This document shows, in pieces, positions 31,306 to 41,641 of a stretch of 64,000 nt of DNA. Within the stretch, counting starts at the first letter, position 1, and each line of letters opens with the position of its first letter. Origin of the DNA: an uncultured Actinomycetes bacterium (GTDB lineage Bacteria > Actinomycetota > Thermoleophilia > RBG-16-64-13); the NCBI GenBank assembly GCA_963841735.1, contig CAWJDT010000001.1:1472001-1536000 (forward strand). The letters are read 5' to 3'. The notes beneath the pieces are model-generated. The model saw only the letters and a list, made by a program, of their open reading frames with translations, did not search any database and had not been told where the DNA came from. The translations under genes were made by a program, and so were the position numbers.

Positions 31306-32503
31306 GGAAGACCGCGTGGGCGCCGGGTCACACGCGGGAGCAGATGCCGGGGCGTATCCAGGAGTAGGTACTGGGGTGCAGGCCGGGGCGCGGGCCGGCT
31401 CCTTCGACCAGGTCTTCGGACGTTCGCCCGACGCGGTCGCGGAAGCGCCCGGCCGGGTGAATCTCATAGGCGAGCACACCGACTACAACGAAGGCTTCGT
31501 GCTTCCGACTCCCATTCCGCAGAAGACCCAGGCCGAAGTGGCCAGGCGGCGTGGAAGTGTGGGCAAGCCGGATCGGCGGGGCGACATTGTGACGGTGGCG
31601 AGTGTCACACTGGGGGAGACGGAGAGCTACGTATTGGGCGCCGAACGGCCGACCGGTAGGTGGATCGACTATGTGCAGGGGCTGACCCGGGCGCTGCGTG
31701 AGACGGGCCACCGCCTGACCGGGTTCGACCTTCGGCTGGCTTCGGACGTGCCTGTGGGCAGTGGACTTTCGTCGAGTGCGGCACTGGAGGTCTCGGTGCT
31801 GCGGGCTCTGCGCGAGGCCTTCTCTCTGTCGATAGATGACGTCCTGCTGGCTCGCTTGGGACAGAAGGCGGAAAACGACCACGTGGGGGCGCCCGTGGGG
31901 CTGATGGATCAGCTGGTCTCGAGTTTGGGTCGGGAGGGCGAGGCGCTTCTAATGGACATGCGCAGTCTGGCGGTGGAGCCGGTGCCGCTGCCCCTGTCGG
32001 TGGAGCTGGTGGTCATCGACTCGGGGATCCGGCATAGCAATGTGGGAGGCGGGTATGGGGAGCGGCGGGCGGAATGCCGCCGCGCCGCGGATCTCCTCGG
32101 CGTGCCTCAACTCCGTGACGCCGACCCGGCCATGCTCGAGCGCGCCGGGTTGCCGGTCCCGTTGGACCGCCGGGCGCGCCACGTGGTTACCGAGAACCTG
32201 CGCGTCATAGAGACGGTCGCCGCCCTGCGCGGCGGCGACCTCGAGACCGTCGCCGCCGCGTTCGCCGCCTCACACGCATCCATGCGCGACGACTTCGAGA
32301 CCTCAGTGGCCGAGGTGGACCTGCTGGTCTCTCTGGCCGCAGCGGAGCCGCGGGTGCACGGGGCGCGACTGACGGGGGGCGGCTTTGGGGGTGCCATCGT
32401 GGCCCTGGCCGAGCGGGGCACGGGCGCGGAGGTGGCGGCCAGGGTCGGCGCGGAGTATGAGGCGCGGACTCACCGGCGGGCGAGGGTGCTACTACCGGTT
32501 TGA
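31298..32503 (+). CDS. galK: Galactokinase
   Basis: APGRVNLIGEHTDYNEG, VPVGSGLSSSAA, GLMDQ, GARLTGGGFGG; TTG start overlapping the galT stop. Confidence 0.92.
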   Translation: MAEEDRVGAGSHAGADAGAYPGVGTGVQAGARAGSFDQVFGRSPDAVAEAPGRVNLIGEHTDYNEGFVLPTPIPQKTQAEVARRRGSVGKPDRRGDIVTVASVTLGETESYVLGAERPTGRWIDYVQGLTRALRETGHRLTGFDLRLASDVPVGSGLSSSAALEVSVLRALREAFSLSIDDVLLARLGQKAENDHVGAPVGLMDQLVSSLGREGEALLMDMRSLAVEPVPLPLSVELVVIDSGIRHSNVGGGYGERRAECRRAADLLGVPQLRDADPAMLERAGLPVPLDRRARHVVTENLRVIETVAALRGGDLETVAAAFAASHASMRDDFETSVAEVDLLVSLAAAEPRVHGARLTGGGFGGAIVALAERGTGAEVAARVGAEYEARTHRRARVLLPV

Positions 32504-32599
32504 GCTGAGGGCGGCGCCGCTGTCGGGCCGCCGGCGCGTCCACCCGCCATCTGTGAGAGCATTGCTGGGCGCTGTCGTATCTCTAAAGCCGAGGTGTAG

Positions 32600-33190
32600 A
32601 TGTACTCATTGTTCCGGGCGATATCCTGGGTGCTTCTTCGCGTCTTCTTCAGGATGAAGGTCGAGGGACGGGAGAACATCCCCGCTCAGGGCCCGCTTGT
32701 AGTCGCGGCCAATCACGAGAGCTTTCTCGATGGCTTCGCGGTGGGCAGTGTCCTCATGAAGAGGCAGGCTACCTTTCTTGCAGCCCCCTGGCTGTACTCC
32801 ACTCCTGTGGTGGGGGCGTTTGTGCGGGCCATCGGGGCCATACCCGCGTACGGTGAGGGAGCCGAGGTGGCCTCGCTGCGAGAGTCCATCCGTATCCTTC
32901 AAAAGGGCGGGACGATGGCCATCTTTCCCCAGGGTGGTATCGCCCGTGACCAGATCTCCGGCGGGGCTGTCTTCATGGCCATCAAGGCGCCGGCGCCGAT
33001 CGTCCCCATGCGCATCAGGGGCGCGGGCAAGGCTCTTCCGCTGGGCCGCTGGTGGCCCTCTCTGTTCACCCGCATCACGGTGAGCGTAGGACCGCCGCTC
33101 GCGGCCTCGGAGCTGCGTCCACCGGGCGCGTCCACCAGCGTGGCCGTCGACCAGGGCCGGGAGCTGCTCATGCGGGCGCTGATGTCGTAG
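32600..33190 (+). CDS. 1-acyl-sn-glycerol-3-phosphate acyltransferase (PlsC family)
   Basis: ANHESFLD, IFPQG, PIVP. Confidence 0.85.
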   Translation: MYSLFRAISWVLLRVFFRMKVEGRENIPAQGPLVVAANHESFLDGFAVGSVLMKRQATFLAAPWLYSTPVVGAFVRAIGAIPAYGEGAEVASLRESIRILQKGGTMAIFPQGGIARDQISGGAVFMAIKAPAPIVPMRIRGAGKALPLGRWWPSLFTRITVSVGPPLAASELRPPGASTSVAVDQGRELLMRALMS

Positions 33191-33454
33191 CCGACGCGGG
33201 CCGCGACGCTGCTCCGGGCGACGGGCCACTGAGTCACCGCCGCCTGGTCGTCGCCGTTTCACAGGCCCGCGGCCGGCCGGGGCCGGACTTGAACCTGTTC
33301 TACTGGCCAGGTGAAAGCCTGTCCTGCAGCGCAGTCCATATTCCCGACTCTTGCCCGGTGTGCATTGGCGCCACCGGCCCTAACCTGATAGCAGGCGTGC
33401 GGCGCCGCGAGGTGGCGGGCCGCGAGGACGAAAGCGACGAGAATGGGGTGTTTG

Positions 33455-35794
33455 ATGAGGAAGTTCGGACTTGAATGGATCGCCCGGGTTTGCGCCCGTC
33501 ATCCCTGGAGGACAATGGCAGTCTGGGCCCTCGTCCTCCTCTGTGCCGGCGCGGTGACCGCTCTCTATCTGGGCGGAGCCCTGACCAACGAGGACGGCTT
33601 CACCAACGACCCGGAATCCTTCCAGGCCATGGCGCTCATAGATGAGGCCTTCCCCGACAACAACCAGTCGCCCGAGTTGGTCATCTTGAAGTCGGCCGAT
33701 CTGACCGTCGACGACCAGGAGTTCCGTGAGCAGGTGCAGGCCGTGAGCGCAGGTGTGTTGGCCCTTGGCCCGGAAGTCGTGCAATCGGGCATGGACTACA
33801 CCACCAGCCCCTCGCCGGCGCTCGTCTCCTCCGACCGGCACGGCGCCCTGCTGATCTTCAACCTGACCGATTCCTCCGGCGCTGCCGTCGACGACGCTGA
33901 GGCGCTGGCCGCCGCGGCCCGCGGCGCGGCGGCCTCCTCGGGCTTCGAGGTGCTGGTGACCGGGGCGGCGAGTATCAACGCCGACTTCGGAGCCACCGCA
34001 GAGAAGGACCTGCGCACCGGCGAGATCTTCGGCGTGGGGATCGCGCTGATCATCCTTGTGCTGGTGTTCGGAGCCGTGGTCACAGCCGTCGTGCCGCTGA
34101 TAATGGCGATCGCGTCCATCCTCTTGGCCATGGGCATCACCGCCGTCCTAGGGCGGTTCATGGATCTCTCCTTCTTCATCACCAACATGATCACCATGAT
34201 CGGACTGGCGATGGGCATCGACTACTCGCTGTTCGTGGTCTCCCGGTACAGGGAGGAGAGAACGGCCGGTCTGACCAAGATCGACGCTATCGCCCGTGCA
34301 GCTTCCACGGCCAGCCGCGCGGTGCTCTTCAGCGCTATCGCGGTCATTCTTGCCCTGGGCGGCCTGTATCTGGTGCCGTCCACCTTGTTCCACAGCATGG
34401 CCATGGGGGCGATCATCGCGGTCTTCACAGCCCTGCTGGCCGCGCTTACCCTGCTGCCTGCTCTACTGGGCGCTATGGGCGACAAGGTCAACGCGTTGCG
34501 GGTGCCCTTCATACACAAGTCCGCGGGCGGCGCCGGCCGTACCGGCGGCTTCTGGGATCGACTGAGCCACGGCGTCATGCGCCGCCCGGTCACCAGCCTG
34601 GTCATGGCAGTCGCGGTACTGGGGGCCGTCGCCGGGCTCTATTTCTCCATCGACCTGGGCTCGGCGGGCGTGGACACCTTGCCGGCCTCCATGGAGTCCC
34701 GCCAGGGCTTCGAAGTCCTGCAGAAGGAGTTTCCCGGCGCCTCCATCCAGCCGGTGGAGGTCACCATAGCTGGTGACCCCGCCTCCGCGGCCGTGGTCCA
34801 GGGCAGCGAAAACCTGCGCGCCGCACTGGACGGCGATCCGGCGCTTGTCTGGACCGGAGACACCCGCACGAGCCCCGACGGCGGGCTCACCGTGCTCTCC
34901 CTGGTCGTCCTGGGCGATCCGAACGGTGAGACGGCGCAAGCGGCGGTGAGGACCCTACGTTCCGACTACCTGCCCACAGCCTTCGCCGGGACCGGACTGG
35001 TGGCGGGCATCGACGTACTCACTACCGGCCAGAGCGCGCTCGTGGTGGATTACCTGGACACCATCAGCGGAGCCACCGCTTGGGTGTTCCTGTTTGTCCT
35101 GGGCCTGTCGTTCGTGCTGCTGACGGTGATCTTCCGCTCGCTGATCGTGCCGCTCAAGGCCATCGTCATGAACCTGCTCTCGGTGGGGGCCGCCTACGGT
35201 CTCATGGTGGCGGTGTTCCAAAAGGGATGGGGAGCGGACCTTCTTGGATTGCAGAAGGTGGACTTCATCGAAGCCTGGGTGCCCCTCTTCCTGTTCGCGA
35301 TCCTGTTCGGCACCTCCATGGACTACCACGTGTTCCTGCTCAGCCGCATCCGTGAGCGCTTCGATCAGACCGGCGACAACCGCGAGTCGGTGGCCTTCGG
35401 TCTGCGCCAGACCGGCGGGATCATCACCGGGGCGGCGTTGATCATGGTCGCCGTGTTCGGTGGCTTCGCGGCCGGCGACCTGGTGATGTTCCAGCAACTC
35501 GGCTTCGGGCTGGCGGTTGCGGTGTTCCTCGATGCCACCATCGTGAGGTCGGTCCTGGTGCCCGCGGCCATGCGCCTGCTGGGAACGGCCAACTGGTGGT
35601 TCCCTCGGTGGCTGAGCTGGCTGCCGGACGTGCGGGTGGAGGCGGGTAGATCGGTCGGCGCCGGCACGGCGACCGGTGAGGGCGGGGCTCCGGGCACGGA
35701 GTCTATGCCGCAACCGGTCGGCGGCGCGGGGTGGTCGGTGCCGGCGCCGGCTGAGGCTAGGGCTAGGGTCGTCAACCGCCGCCCCGGCGAGTGA
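33455..35794 (+). CDS. MMPL family (RND) transporter
   Basis: Two TM modules; GIDYSLFVVSRYREE and SMDYHVFLLSRIRE, DATIVR. Confidence 0.92.
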   Translation: MRKFGLEWIARVCARHPWRTMAVWALVLLCAGAVTALYLGGALTNEDGFTNDPESFQAMALIDEAFPDNNQSPELVILKSADLTVDDQEFREQVQAVSAGVLALGPEVVQSGMDYTTSPSPALVSSDRHGALLIFNLTDSSGAAVDDAEALAAAARGAAASSGFEVLVTGAASINADFGATAEKDLRTGEIFGVGIALIILVLVFGAVVTAVVPLIMAIASILLAMGITAVLGRFMDLSFFITNMITMIGLAMGIDYSLFVVSRYREERTAGLTKIDAIARAASTASRAVLFSAIAVILALGGLYLVPSTLFHSMAMGAIIAVFTALLAALTLLPALLGAMGDKVNALRVPFIHKSAGGAGRTGGFWDRLSHGVMRRPVTSLVMAVAVLGAVAGLYFSIDLGSAGVDTLPASMESRQGFEVLQKEFPGASIQPVEVTIAGDPASAAVVQGSENLRAALDGDPALVWTGDTRTSPDGGLTVLSLVVLGDPNGETAQAAVRTLRSDYLPTAFAGTGLVAGIDVLTTGQSALVVDYLDTISGATAWVFLFVLGLSFVLLTVIFRSLIVPLKAIVMNLLSVGAAYGLMVAVFQKGWGADLLGLQKVDFIEAWVPLFLFAILFGTSMDYHVFLLSRIRERFDQTGDNRESVAFGLRQTGGIITGAALIMVAVFGGFAAGDLVMFQQLGFGLAVAVFLDATIVRSVLVPAAMRLLGTANWWFPRWLSWLPDVRVEAGRSVGAGTATGEGGAPGTESMPQPVGGAGWSVPAPAEARARVVNRRPGE

Positions 35795-35836
35795 CCGGGA
35801 CCCGCGGCGGCCGATGGGGTTAGATCCTAGCTCTGT

Positions 35837-38572
35837 TCAAGGAGTGCGACTGCTGTCCAGCGACTTCCTGATCGCGTGAACCAATTCCACGGGCGTGAAT
35901 GGTTTCTCGATGAGACAGAGGCCTTCGTCCAGTCGGCCGTCATGGACTATGGAGTCATACGAGTAGCCCGACATGTAGAGTACGGGTAAGCCGGGGACGA
36001 GGGTCTTCACAGCCTGGGCGAGCTCGGCGCCCTGCACGGTTCCGGGGAGAACCACATCGGTGAGCAGGAGCTGCGGAGGCCGGTTGAGAGTTTTCACCAG
36101 TTCGAGGGCCTCGTCCGCCGCACCGGCGGAATGTACCTGGTAGCCGGCATGCGCGAGTACTCTTGTCACCAGCGCACGGAGCTCGACTTCGTCCTCCACC
36201 ACAAGCACCGTTTCCGAACCGGTATGAGCGGATAATTCGCTTGGAGGTGCGTTTCGGTCGTCGGCGATCAGCGCCGACCGTGGGAAATAGATTGAGACGG
36301 TCGTGCCACTGCCAAGCTCGCTCGCCACAGAGATGTGTCCCTGGCTCTGTCTGACCACGCCGTAGACCACCGACAGACCAAGCCCCGTTCCTTTTCCTAT
36401 CGCCTTGGTGGTGAAAAAGGGCTCGAAGATATGCTCCCGAGTGTCTGAGTCCATCCCCAGGCCGCTGTCGGAGACGGTCAGCAGAACGTACTCTCCGGGG
36501 CCCATGGGGGGCTGGGCGGTCGAATCAGAGCGGCCCCCCTCCTCTATGCGGACGTTGGCGGTGCGGATGTGGAGGCGGCCGCCCGCGGTCATTGCGTCCC
36601 GAGAGTTGAGAGCAAGGTTTATGATCACTTGCTGGAGCTGGTTCGGGTCGGTCTCAACCGGCGCGAGGTCGGGATCGAACTCCATTTGAAGCTCGATGTC
36701 CTCGCCGAGTGTTCGCTTGAGCAGGGGCTCGATTCCGGCGATCGCCTTGTTCAGTGACACCACCGTCGGACGTAGTGCCTGGCGCCTGGAAAAGGCGAGT
36801 ATCTGCCCGGTGAGGGCGCCGGCTCGTTCGGCCGCCTGCTTGACCTGCACCAGATCCTCCCGAGCTGAGGACTCAGCAAAGGTGGGGTTGGCAAGCAGAA
36901 GCTCCGTGTAGCCCAGGATGATGCCCAGGATATTGTTGAAGTCGTGCGCGATGCCTCCGGCCAACTGGCCTATGGCTTCCATCTTCTGGCTCTGGCGGAG
37001 TTGCTCCTCGCTTTGTCGCAGCGCTTCCTCAGTCTCTCGCTGCGAAGTGATGTTGCGGAAGTAGCCGATGACACCGCTCGGTACTCCTTGCTTGTCCAAC
37101 CGGGGCATAAGGACGCCCTGGAAACATTCAGTGTCGCCTTCTCGGTTGAATAGCGACGTCTCAAGCTCATAGTGCTCTCCGGTATCGATGACCTGGCGCT
37201 TTATTGCGGAAAGCCTCTCGGCGTCTTGTGGTTGGAGAAAGTCCAGGTCGGTCTTGCCGATCATGTCGGCCTCTGTGAGACCAAGCTGAGGGTTGACCAC
37301 CAACTCGTACCGCAGATCCCGATCCTGCACGATGATGTGGTCGGGGGTGTGCAACGTGACGGCGCGGAATCTCTCCTCGCTCTCTCGAAGTGCGGCCTCC
37401 ACTCGTTTCTGCTCGGTGATATCGACGAACATGCAGGCGAACTGCTTCGGAGTCGGCTGGAAGGCCGTCACGTGGAAATGTTTGTCGAGATCGGCCGAGT
37501 AGCTCTCGAAGGTCGCCGGTTCCCCGGTGAGGGCCACTGTCCCGTAGGTGTCGATCCAATACCGCTCGGTATTGGGCAGCACCTCAAGCACCGTGCGGCC
37601 TACGATATCCTCCGACTTGAGTCCGGTCATAGCTTCGAAGGCCGGGTTGGCGACGAGAAAGCGGTAGTCGACGGGGTTGCCGCCTTCGTCGCAGATGATC
37701 TCGTGCACCGCGAAGCCGTCTCGCATCTTCTCAAAGAGAGTGGCGTACTCCCTCTCGGTCCTCCGGAGTGCGGTGATGTCTTGCACGGTTCCCTGAAGGC
37801 CGATGATCGTGCCGTCAGGAGCCCGTCTGGCGGCTCCCCTAGCCACGGTTCGACGGATCTCACCGTCGGTGCGGATCTGATCAAGTTCGAGTTCGTAGGG
37901 CTCTCCCTGTGTGAGGGCCCCGGAGGAAGCTACGTTAAGGCGCTCCCAGCTATCGGGGGTATAGAAGCACGCCATTTCGGCGAAGTGGGGAGCGGGTAGC
38001 TGGAGGTCGTACCCGATGATGAGGCGAAATCCCTCCGACCACTCGACGGTGTCTGTGGCCCAATCCCACGTCCAAAGGCCCATCTCTGCTAGGCGCTCCG
38101 CCTCCTGTAGGCGCGCTTCCTTCTCGCGTAGTGCCGTCTCCGCCCGCATGAGTTCGGAGATGGCCTCCGCCTGACGATCTTCGCCCGTCAGCTCGGAGAT
38201 CTCCTGGACGACGGCAAGAACAGAGGGCTCTTCGCTGCCCTCCGCCGCGAGGCGTACGACGAACCCCTCAAAAGTGGGGTTGGGTCTGTTGCCGGTGGGA
38301 GCGAGATATCGCTCGAGCACCCAGGGCTCGCCGGTGTTTAGAACGCTAAGAAGGGCCTCTTCCGCCCCATTCGCCGCTGCCTCAGGAAAGACTTCGCGGT
38401 AGGGCCGGCCGATCATGGGGACATCGGGGGCGATCGCCTGGTAGGCCGGGTTGACGTACGCGTAGACGAGTTCTTGCCCCTTGAGCACCGCGATGCACGC
38501 CAAGGCTCTCTCCATGCCCTCGAAGAGGTCGGCCCCGCGACCCTTGTCGTACTTGGTGCGGCCCATGCTCAT
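35837..38572 (-). CDS. Multi-PAS hybrid histidine kinase with receiver domain
   Basis: Four PAS-like segments, [54 protein letters not shown]...LTDVVLP...KPF; start taken as MSMGRTK. Confidence 0.88.
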   Translation of the reverse strand: MSMGRTKYDKGRGADLFEGMERALACIAVLKGQELVYAYVNPAYQAIAPDVPMIGRPYREVFPEAAANGAEEALLSVLNTGEPWVLERYLAPTGNRPNPTFEGFVVRLAAEGSEEPSVLAVVQEISELTGEDRQAEAISELMRAETALREKEARLQEAERLAEMGLWTWDWATDTVEWSEGFRLIIGYDLQLPAPHFAEMACFYTPDSWERLNVASSGALTQGEPYELELDQIRTDGEIRRTVARGAARRAPDGTIIGLQGTVQDITALRRTEREYATLFEKMRDGFAVHEIICDEGGNPVDYRFLVANPAFEAMTGLKSEDIVGRTVLEVLPNTERYWIDTYGTVALTGEPATFESYSADLDKHFHVTAFQPTPKQFACMFVDITEQKRVEAALRESEERFRAVTLHTPDHIIVQDRDLRYELVVNPQLGLTEADMIGKTDLDFLQPQDAERLSAIKRQVIDTGEHYELETSLFNREGDTECFQGVLMPRLDKQGVPSGVIGYFRNITSQRETEEALRQSEEQLRQSQKMEAIGQLAGGIAHDFNNILGIILGYTELLLANPTFAESSAREDLVQVKQAAERAGALTGQILAFSRRQALRPTVVSLNKAIAGIEPLLKRTLGEDIELQMEFDPDLAPVETDPNQLQQVIINLALNSRDAMTAGGRLHIRTANVRIEEGGRSDSTAQPPMGPGEYVLLTVSDSGLGMDSDTREHIFEPFFTTKAIGKGTGLGLSVVYGVVRQSQGHISVASELGSGTTVSIYFPRSALIADDRNAPPSELSAHTGSETVLVVEDEVELRALVTRVLAHAGYQVHSAGAADEALELVKTLNRPPQLLLTDVVLPGTVQGAELAQAVKTLVPGLPVLYMSGYSYDSIVHDGRLDEGLCLIEKPFTPVELVHAIRKSLDSSRTP

Positions 38573-38776
38573 GAGGCTCCGTGTTGGCGCTTGTGAGCAA
38601 GTCAGAAGGTCAACATAGCACCGGCTCAGATGACTGACAACGATTTCTCCTAGCGCCTCAGGCACGAAAGAGCGGTTGCCGGACATACAGGAATAAGGCC
38701 AGGCATCGTTCGTCTTCGCATTCGCAAAGGGGCAGGTGCGGGGCCGGAGTGTCTCGCTGATGTCTAGGAGGATGAG

Positions 38777-39238
38777 TTGGGGATCGAAGAGCTGCAGGTC
38801 GTGGCTGAGCCGGCGTTTTATCGTCTTCTGGGGATGGAGCCCCGCGAACTCTACGAGGAGCTTGGGGCTCGGGCCGCGGCGGTGCGCGCCGTTCCCGAAA
38901 CTGGCGATGAGTTCGACCTCATGATCAATCGCATGGCTCTGAGGGAGCGTCCGGAGACCCTTCGAAAGTCTGGAGAGCGCCTGTTCAATCGTCTTTCGCA
39001 CGTGGCCTACCAGATGCTGTGTGGCGAGAGCGCCGACAACAATGACGCGCGCAAGACGGTATTCGACGTTCTGGGACTGGGCGAGATGGCAACCGTAACG
39101 GTTGTCGCCAGTGTCCTGGTTCAAGATCTTGAGATGGTCCCTGCCTTTGCCGCAGTGGTGGCGGTGCTGCTGTTCAGGCTCGTCTTCGAGGTTTTCGGAG
39201 CCGCGGTCTGCTCTGTTTGGAGGGAGCAGCTGGTGTAG
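38777..39238 (+). CDS. Hypothetical protein with C-terminal hydrophobic hairpin
   Basis: TTG start after AGGAGG; helical composition; no motif recognised. Confidence 0.6.
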   Translation: MGIEELQVVAEPAFYRLLGMEPRELYEELGARAAAVRAVPETGDEFDLMINRMALRERPETLRKSGERLFNRLSHVAYQMLCGESADNNDARKTVFDVLGLGEMATVTVVASVLVQDLEMVPAFAAVVAVLLFRLVFEVFGAAVCSVWREQLV

Positions 39239-39340
39239 TAGCCGCCCGCCATGCTCGTCCCAGAGACCCCGAAGGACGCCGGTTGTGGACTTCCCGTATA
39301 ATCGCGACCGATGGTTATCTGGCAGCAATCGGATGCGCGT

Positions 39341-41254
39341 ATGGTCGCGCGCTTCTCCGACAGGCGGCGGTTCCTCTTCCGCCATGTCATTGCACTCCTC
39401 TGTGTGGCGCTTGTTGCTGCGCTCGTTGCCGTTTTCGCACTCGCGATGTTGCCGGCCGGCCCGGAGGTGGCGGCGGCTGCCGAAGGCGGCGCAGGTGCTC
39501 CTCAGGGCGGCGGTTATGCGGAGCCACAGGTTTCGATCTCCGGCCAATTCCGCGACTTCACCACGGGCCGACCCATCGGCGGCGCTCGCATCACGATTCG
39601 TAGTCAGGACGGCATCAGCGCGGGTAGGGTGCTGGCCACGGCCGTCGCCGACGCGGCCGGTGAGTTCGCCCTGACTGCCGGCGTCGCGACAGGGGTCCAA
39701 CTGACGGCTGTGTACGAAGCCGCCGGTTACCTGCGGGAGGAGTCGGTCATGAGAGCGACGGAGCCTCTGCTGAAACTCAGTCCGCTGCTCACGCCTCGGG
39801 GAGTCAAGGAGGCCGTTCTCTATTCGCTGCCTAAGTCAGGCCTGGTGCGGCAGCCGATCGCCACCGTTTCCACCGCCTTGGCTGCCAACTACAGCCTAGT
39901 CGCGTCGACGCTGTCGCCGCCGGCGACAATCCGGGTCTATCGCAACTCGCTCGGTATCGTCCAGGTGGTCGACTTCAAGTTCTACGTCAAGCACGTGCTG
40001 GTCTGCGAATGGCTGCCTCAGTGGCCGGCCGAGTCGCTCCGAGCCGGGGCGATAGCGGTCAAGGAATACGCTTGGTACTACATAGGCAGAGGGGGCAAAT
40101 ACCCCTCTCTGGGCGCCGATGTCACCGACGGTAGCGCCGATCAGTGGTACGACCCCAACCGCTCCGATGCACGCACCGACAAAGCGGTGGATGACACCTG
40201 GAGCAGCTATTTGCTCAAGAATGGCGCTCTCTTCTTTCTTGAGTACTGTGGGCATTCCGCCCTAAATGCCGCCTACCGCTGTCCGAGCCAGCCCACCCGC
40301 ATGCCGCAATGGGGCACCTACTACCTGGCCCGCGACAAGGGTTGGACCTGGCAGCAGATCATCCACTACTACTGGGATCCTGTCACCATCGTCGGCGAAT
40401 CGGCGAGCGGATCGACCCGTATCCAACAAAACGACACTCGGCTTGCCTACTACCGCACTTGGTTGGGCAACGCCAATGCGCCGCTTGCCTCCGGTGGCAG
40501 CTTCCGCTATGTGAACACTTCGGGGGCTTCGGTCACTGTCAAGTTCACCGGCACTTATGTGGCTTGGATAACTAAAAAGAGCTCCGTGTACGGCAAGGCC
40601 AGAGTCACACTCGATGGGGTGGACAAGGGCACGGTGGATCTCTACAGCGCCAAGGAGATATGGCAGCAGAGGGTCTGGGAGACCAGCTTCGCCACGTCCG
40701 GTACTCATACGCTCACCATCACCTGGACCGGCACCAAGAACCCGGCCGCCGCCGCCACCAACATCGGTGTGGACGCCTTCGTGGTCACCGGCACAGTACT
40801 CCAGGCCACCGCGGTCGCACCGGCGCCGGCACCGGCACCCGCACCGGCCGGCCGTATCGATCGCTATCAGCAGAATTTCTGGCGGGTCGCCTATCGCGGC
40901 ACCTGGTACGGTAACGCCAACGCCCCACTGGCCTCCGGGGGTAGCTTCCGCTACGTCAACACCTCCGGGGCTTCTGTCACGGTCAAGTTCACCGGCACCT
41001 ACATTGCCTGGATCACCAAGAAGAGCCCCTACTACGGCAGGGCCAAGGTGATCCTGGACGGGGTGAACCTCGGCACAGTGGACCTCTACAGTGCCAAGGA
41101 GGTGTGGCAGCAGAAGGTCTGGTCGAAGACCTTCGCCACGTCGGGCGCCCACACGCTTGTCATAAGCTGGACCGGCCAGAAGAACCCCTTGGCCAAGGCC
41201 ACCAACATCGGGGCCGACGCCTTCGACGTCATCGGTAGGCTGACAGGTCCCTGA
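39341..41254 (+). CDS. Exported SpoIID/LytB-domain cell-wall hydrolase with N-terminal carboxypeptidase-regulatory-like domain and two C-terminal beta-sandwich repeats
   Basis: Signal peptide; YVKHVLVCEW...ESLRAGAIAVKEYA, DQWY, MPQWG, WQQIIHYYW. Confidence 0.75.
   Translation: MVARFSDRRRFLFRHVIALLCVALVAALVAVFALAMLPAGPEVAAAAEGGAGAPQGGGYAEPQVSISGQFRDFTTGRPIGGARITIRSQDGISAGRVLATAVADAAGEFALTAGVATGVQLTAVYEAAGYLREESVMRATEPLLKLSPLLTPRGVKEAVLYSLPKSGLVRQPIATVSTALAANYSLVASTLSPPATIRVYRNSLGIVQVVDFKFYVKHVLVCEWLPQWPAESLRAGAIAVKEYAWYYIGRGGKYPSLGADVTDGSADQWYDPNRSDARTDKAVDDTWSSYLLKNGALFFLEYCGHSALNAAYRCPSQPTRMPQWGTYYLARDKGWTWQQIIHYYWDPVTIVGESASGSTRIQQNDTRLAYYRTWLGNANAPLASGGSFRYVNTSGASVTVKFTGTYVAWITKKSSVYGKARVTLDGVDKGTVDLYSAKEIWQQRVWETSFATSGTHTLTITWTGTKNPAAAATNIGVDAFVVTGTVLQATAVAPAPAPAPAPAGRIDRYQQNFWRVAYRGTWYGNANAPLASGGSFRYVNTSGASVTVKFTGTYIAWITKKSPYYGRAKVILDGVNLGTVDLYSAKEVWQQKVWSKTFATSGAHTLVISWTGQKNPLAKATNIGADAFDVIGRLTGP
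40418..41236 (+). repeat. Intragenic tandem duplication of a ~125-aa domain
   Basis: GNANAPLASGGSFRYVNTSGASVTVKFTGTY...GTVDLYSAKE.WQQ...NIG.DAF at about 40418-40792 and 40862-41236, joined by a (PA)n linker. Confidence 0.9.
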
Positions 41255-41327
41255 TAGGGCTCCGATTGTCGAGATCGGTCCTGTGAGCGGTGGTCCTTCC
41301 GAGCGAGTGTGCGGTAAGGTAGACGGC

Positions 41328-41621
41328 ATGGCCGATGATGAAACAGAATTCGTGCAGCTCGCGCTGGATGCCACCGTCACCGGGCCGGGAATGCGGACCG
41401 AGGACCCCTACGAGCCGGGGACCCAACTCAAGATCAAGGGTGAGCGGGGAATCTACAAGTACAAGTACGCCAGCCTTAGTCGGGCCGGACAGGTGAGCCT
41501 ACATCTGTTGGGCGATTATGTGTCGCGAGCCGTGCGGCCCGACCAGGTGACTCTGGTGAAGAGCAACCGGAGGCCGAAGTGGGCAAGGGCTGAGAGTCTC
41601 TTCGACTCAGACACCGACTAA
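41328..41621 (+). CDS. Small hypothetical protein, possibly an SH3-like beta barrel
   Basis: 97 aa, PGTQLKIKGERGIYKY...RAVRPDQV; no confident family. Confidence 0.6.
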   Translation: MADDETEFVQLALDATVTGPGMRTEDPYEPGTQLKIKGERGIYKYKYASLSRAGQVSLHLLGDYVSRAVRPDQVTLVKSNRRPKWARAESLFDSDTD

Positions 41622-41641
41622 GTAGCCGGCCGGCGAGCTCT

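Noticed and set aside
38573-39700. N-terminal ~375 aa of the 1287-aa ORF 35837..39700 as a giant novel kinase
   Set aside because: This part is antisense to two plausible + strand genes and reads as shadow sequence; the real kinase starts near 38572.
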